Source of the DNA: Promethearchaeati archaeon SRVP18_Atabeyarchaeia-1
Lineage (GTDB): Archaea > Asgardarchaeota > Atabeyarchaeia > Atabeyarchaeales > Atabeyarchaeaceae
Assembly: GCA_037308085.1 (NCBI GenBank)
Contig: CP147779.1
Coordinates: forward strand, 160,001 to 224,000
Length of the DNA: 64,000 nucleotides
Reading direction: 5' to 3'
A program made the translations under genes and the position numbers. This document shows, piece after piece, positions 59,758 through 64,000 of this stretch (the first letter of the stretch is position 1; every line of letters begins with the position of its first letter). The notes under the pieces were generated by a model that was not told where the DNA came from, did no database searches, and saw only the letters and a program-made list of their open reading frames with translations.

Positions 59758-60044
59758 ATCCGATCAGAAAAATGGTCGAATAATTAGTCTAAAGTAGAAT
59801 CCATTTTGCCTTTATATTTTGACATTTGCCAAACGAAGGCATACAACAAAAGCATCTTCGACCGATAAACCTACCAGATACATGTATTTATGAGTAATAG
59901 GTAATAACATCTGGAGAGAGAACGGAAAAATCTAAAGGAAGATATTCTAAGTTTCACTAGTACCAATCTTAGATTGCATTCATGAGGCTGGAGCCACACG
60001 TAAGTGTCTCCTCTTCTTGCCATGCAGAAATAGGTGTTCACCCC

Positions 60045-61832
60045 ATGCCCAGAGTTGTTATACTGAACAGAGATAGATGCGAGTCAAAAGACTGCGGCAC
60101 GCCCTGCATAAAATACTGCCCCCGAGTTAGAGCCGGGGATGAAACGATTGTAATGAATCCTGAAGAGGGATTTCCTTACATTGCTGAGAACCTCTGCTCT
60201 GGCGAGGGTATCTGCGTCAAGAAGTGTCCATTCGGAGCTCTCAAGGTGGTAAACACCCCGGAAACTGTCGAAGGTGAGTTGACTCACCGTTACGGACCAA
60301 ATATGTTTGAGCTCTATCGATTGCCTATTCCACGCCCTGGAAAGGTAACAGGATTGGTTGGACCTAACGGTGCTGGGAAAACCACTGCATTGAAAATTCT
60401 TGCTGGGGAGACCAAGCTGAACTTAGGAAGGTATGACACCCCCCCTGACTGGAATGAGATAACGAGGTTCTTCAGGGGCTCCGAGCTGCAAGCTTATTTC
60501 GAGAAGATGGAGGCAAAAAGGCTGAAGGTTGTTCACAAACCGCAATACATAACGAAGCTCCCCACGATCGTGAAGGGTGAAGTCAAAGAGCTCCTCGAAA
60601 GAGTAGACGCGAGAAGCGTGTCTGGTAAGCTCATCAGGGATCTGGGACTAACGGGCGTTCTCGAACGCGATGTCAGCGTCTTGTCCGGGGGAGAACTGCA
60701 GCGAGTAGCAGTTGCTGCAACGATTGAGCGAGACTCGGATGTCTATCTGTTTGATGAGCCTAGTAGCTACCTTGATGTCAAGGAACGCGTTGTTGTAGCC
60801 AAGACAATCCGCGAGCTGGCAACATTTGGTAAGATGGTAATCACGGTTGAACACGACTTGGCGATGCTTGACCTTCTCTCTGATTACGTCTGCATATTCT
60901 ATGGTGAGCCTGGAGCCTTTGGAGTAATTTCTCATCCGTATGGAGTCCGTGAGGGGATCAACGCGTACCTCGACGGCTACATCGCGGATGAGAATGTGAG
61001 AATTAGAACAGAATCAGTACGATTCGGCGTTCGCCCCGCGCCGACCGAAACCATGCAGGCTCAGGATGTTACCCTTGAATTCAGCCCAATGACAAAGAGA
61101 CTGGGAGACTTCATACTCCAAACGAACGGCGGTCAAATAAGGAAGGGAGAGACTGTCGGTATTCTGGGACCGAACGGCATAGGGAAGACAACCTTCGTGA
61201 AACTGCTTGCAGGCGTGATCGAGCCCGATGAAGGCTCACCACCTGCAGGCAAGCTGAAAGTATCATATAAACCACAGTATTTGACTGCAGACTTCTCTGG
61301 GACAGTAATGGAGTTACTGAGAGACGCGGCAGGAAAGAACTTCTCTGCAGGTGCTTTTGACTCTGAAATAATCGGCCCTCTTGAACTCAGACCTCTGCTT
61401 GATAGACCCGTAAAAGAACTCTCCGGTGGGGAGCTTCAGAAAGTGGCGATCGCCGCTGCGCTCTCGAGAGAAGCGGATCTATACCTCCTTGACGAGCCGA
61501 GTGCGTACATCGATGCAGAGTCAAGGCTCACAGTTGCGAAGATGATTCGAAGAACAGTGGAGAAACGAGGAGTTGCAGCATTTGTGGTCGAACACGACAT
61601 CATGATAGTGGATTGGATAAGTGACCGCTTGATGGTCTTTCTGGGAGAACCCAGCATAAGGGGAACGGCCTCACGACCAACGGACATGAGAACAGGAATG
61701 AATACCTTCCTGCATGAACTCGGCATTACATACAGGCGCGATATTCACTCAGGGAGACCAAGGGTGAACAAGGAAGACTCTCGGCTCGACGCTGAGCAAA
61801 AAGCGAAAGGTGAGTACTACTACGTTGCCTGA
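60045..61832 (+). CDS. Ribosome recycling ATPase ABCE1/RLI
   Basis: N-terminal Fe-S domain, two Walker A motifs, LSGGELQ x2, RPRVNK. Confidence 0.96.
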   Translation: MPRVVILNRDRCESKDCGTPCIKYCPRVRAGDETIVMNPEEGFPYIAENLCSGEGICVKKCPFGALKVVNTPETVEGELTHRYGPNMFELYRLPIPRPGKVTGLVGPNGAGKTTALKILAGETKLNLGRYDTPPDWNEITRFFRGSELQAYFEKMEAKRLKVVHKPQYITKLPTIVKGEVKELLERVDARSVSGKLIRDLGLTGVLERDVSVLSGGELQRVAVAATIERDSDVYLFDEPSSYLDVKERVVVAKTIRELATFGKMVITVEHDLAMLDLLSDYVCIFYGEPGAFGVISHPYGVREGINAYLDGYIADENVRIRTESVRFGVRPAPTETMQAQDVTLEFSPMTKRLGDFILQTNGGQIRKGETVGILGPNGIGKTTFVKLLAGVIEPDEGSPPAGKLKVSYKPQYLTADFSGTVMELLRDAAGKNFSAGAFDSEIIGPLELRPLLDRPVKELSGGELQKVAIAAALSREADLYLLDEPSAYIDAESRLTVAKMIRRTVEKRGVAAFVVEHDIMIVDWISDRLMVFLGEPSIRGTASRPTDMRTGMNTFLHELGITYRRDIHSGRPRVNKEDSRLDAEQKAKGEYYYVA

Positions 61833-62001
61833 CTCATGATGTAGCTCCGATGGCAAGTAGGAGTGCTGTCTCAGTTTCTTGCCTCTTATTCAATTTTCCG
61901 TCGCGATCAACTGGTTTGCGCTTCTATGTTTCCATTTGACTTTGCTTCACAGCAAGAAAACATTAAATAAATCTAGTGGCTAAGGAGTAAACCAATACTT
62001 A

Positions 62002-63129
62002 ATGGATCTGGAGGAAACGGAAGATTTGGTTGAAAAAACGACTATATCGGTAATTAAGGCTGACATTGGTTCCTTGGCTGGACATCACACCGTTTACAAA
62101 GACTGCTTAGATTGCGCTACTGTGGCAATGGAGAAGGCAAAGAGTGAAGGACTGATCGTGGACTATCGCGTTACGCATTGTGGCGACGATCTTGAACTGA
62201 TTATGGGACACCACAGGGGTGAAGACAACAAAGAAATCCATCAACTTGCCTGGAACACCTTCAAGGAAGCGGCAGAGATCTCCAAGGAGCTAAAGCTGTA
62301 CGCCGCCGGGCAAGATCTGCTCAAGGACACGTTCTCTGGAAACGTAAGGGGGATGGGTCCTGGCGTGGCCGAGATGGAATTCGAAGAAAGAATAAGCGAG
62401 CCAATTGTAGCGCTACTTGCCGACAAGACTGCTCCGGGAGCCTTCAACCTTCCATTCTTCAGGATATTCGCGGATCCTTTCTGCACTGCGGGACTCATAA
62501 TCGATCCTGCGATGCACGGAGGATTCAAGTTCGAAGTCATGGACGCAAGGGAGAACAAGGTGATAACCCTAAAGACGCCGGAAGAAAACTACGATCTGCT
62601 GGCGTTGATCGGAACCACGGGGCGCTACATCATAAGGCGAATCCTCAGAGCGAACGACAATCAAATAGCAGCAGCAGTCAGCACAACCAGGTTATCGCTG
62701 ATTGCCGGCAAGTACGTCGGGAAGGACGACCCAGTCGCACTGGTCAGAGCACAGCACGGTCTTCCATCCGTAGGAGAGATTCTTGAGGCTTTTGCATTCC
62801 CCCACTTGGTAGCAGGGTGGATGCGAGGGAGCCACAATGGGCCCATAATGCCGGTCGGGGTGAAGGATGCCAAATGCACGAGATTTGACGGTCCGCCCCG
62901 GATAGTAGCCTTGGGATTTCAATTGAGGAACGCGCAACTGATAGGACCAGCAGACATGTTTGATGACCCTGCATTTGATAGATCAAGATGGATGGCGAAC
63001 GAGATAGCGGACTACATGAGGAGACATGGTCCATTTGAGCCGGGAAGACTTGAGATGGAAGAAGTCGAATACACCGGAATACAGAAGGTACTTCAAGATC
63101 TCAAACCGAAGTTCAAGCCACTGGACTAG
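62002..63129 (+). CDS. fbp: Fructose-1,6-bisphosphate aldolase/phosphatase
   Basis: IKADIG, GDD, YAAGQD, YVGKDDP, GWMRGSH. Confidence 0.95.
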   Translation: MDLEETEDLVEKTTISVIKADIGSLAGHHTVYKDCLDCATVAMEKAKSEGLIVDYRVTHCGDDLELIMGHHRGEDNKEIHQLAWNTFKEAAEISKELKLYAAGQDLLKDTFSGNVRGMGPGVAEMEFEERISEPIVALLADKTAPGAFNLPFFRIFADPFCTAGLIIDPAMHGGFKFEVMDARENKVITLKTPEENYDLLALIGTTGRYIIRRILRANDNQIAAAVSTTRLSLIAGKYVGKDDPVALVRAQHGLPSVGEILEAFAFPHLVAGWMRGSHNGPIMPVGVKDAKCTRFDGPPRIVALGFQLRNAQLIGPADMFDDPAFDRSRWMANEIADYMRRHGPFEPGRLEMEEVEYTGIQKVLQDLKPKFKPLD

Positions 63130-63242
63130 CGAACCTTGGCCTTCAATTGGGGAGCCTGCCCACCGCCACTCATATATAATGATGCAACCCTCTTGTATGA
63201 TATGTCAGTTAGTGTACAGGCCGTTAGGGGATCTGATTACGA

Positions 63243-63731
63243 ATGAGTCCTTTTAGAGGAAAAAAGAGAAAAGACAAAGCAGCGGCAGAAGAAGAGAAGA
63301 AGACTGCGGAGGTAGAATCTGAGGCAAGAGCCGTTGAAGACGTTAAACCTGAGAAGTTGACGCCTGCCTCCTGGTTCAACAAACTCGCCAATCTAGGCGA
63401 TGTCCAGAGCGCGCTACACTCGTTGCCAGATCTGGATATTCAGCTCTATGTGGGCAACAGCCTGCTAAGGTTCATAAAGAAAGGCCTTGACAAACCAATT
63501 GTCAGTGAAGAGAGGAGCCTCAGACCAGATGCGATTATTAGAATCTCCGACAAAGCATGGGAAGAACTAGTCAAGATGCAAAGCCTTGACGAATTCGATA
63601 CCCTCTATAGAAAGTACGCCAAGAATCCCTCACATGATGAATTTGTAAAGGTCAGCATCAACAAGGAAAGCCTGCTTTCTGACTCTGGCATTCTTCGATC
63701 CAAACTCTTCAAGAATCTTCTGTTAGTCTAG
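63243..63731 (+). CDS. Hypothetical protein
   Basis: 162-aa ORF with charged N-terminus. Confidence 0.65.
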   Translation: MSPFRGKKRKDKAAAEEEKKTAEVESEARAVEDVKPEKLTPASWFNKLANLGDVQSALHSLPDLDIQLYVGNSLLRFIKKGLDKPIVSEERSLRPDAIIRISDKAWEELVKMQSLDEFDTLYRKYAKNPSHDEFVKVSINKESLLSDSGILRSKLFKNLLLV

Positions 63732-63818
63732 CTCAACCGAATATTGACGGACGATTCTTCTCCTTCGTTGCTGTAATTCCTGTCCTTCATTAGTTCCTGT
63801 CTGTGGGTGATATGCGCT

Positions 63819-64000
63819 TTGAAAGGGATTGAAAAGCCACTAATCGTTCTGAACTTCAAATGCTACGGGGAATCAATAGGTTCTAATGCATTGAAACTCG
63901 CGAAGGTAGCTGAAAAGGTCAGCGAAAATGTGGGATTGCCAATAGCCGTAGCTCCAACCTTCGTTGACTTGCGGAGCGTCGCCTCTGCGGTCTCAATACC
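63819..64000 (+). CDS. tpiA: Triosephosphate isomerase (3' partial; not in ORF track)
   Basis: Manual translation MKGIEKPLIVLNFKCYGESIGSNALKLAK...IAVAPTFVDL; NFK catalytic Lys motif. Confidence 0.88.
   Translation, partial: MKGIEKPLIVLNFKCYGESIGSNALKLAKVAEKVSENVGLPIAVAPTFVDLRSVASAVSI

Noticed and set aside
1-64000. Selenoprotein genes with in-frame TGA
   Set aside because: TGA stops of recognised genes fall at plausible natural C-termini, and redox proteins such as the FrhB-like one use Cys; small selenoproteins cannot be fully excluded by eye

Overview
Archaeal chromosomal segment, most consistent with an Asgard archaeon (inference from two Rab-like GTPases, longin/uDENN-like proteins, L13e, a giant surface protein and archaeal/eukaryal-type Sec machinery). 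It is gene-dense housekeeping and metabolic DNA with no CRISPR array, rRNA or intact mobile element; there is one truncated integrase. The highlight is a selenocysteine locus (about 29.7-43.2 kb) with PSTK, SepSecS, SelB and a tRNA-Sec(UCA) gene. That tRNA gene is split by three bulge-helix-bulge-type introns (D-, variable- and T-loop) that splice to a near-perfect 94-nt 9/4 tRNA-Sec. The locus also carries two paralogous uncharacterised nucleotidyltransferases (one apparently in frame with the frameshifted PSTK C-terminal domain), a PurM-fold protein, an unknown protein and a splicing endonuclease with a specificity-broadening-type loop. Other notable items: a divergent eIF2B-like/R15P isomerase pair beside form III RuBisCO, a histidine-utilisation region linked to an Ftr-like formyltransferase, and two candidate structured ncRNAs, one closed by a canonical K-turn. 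All calls come from manual motif recognition; no searches were run.
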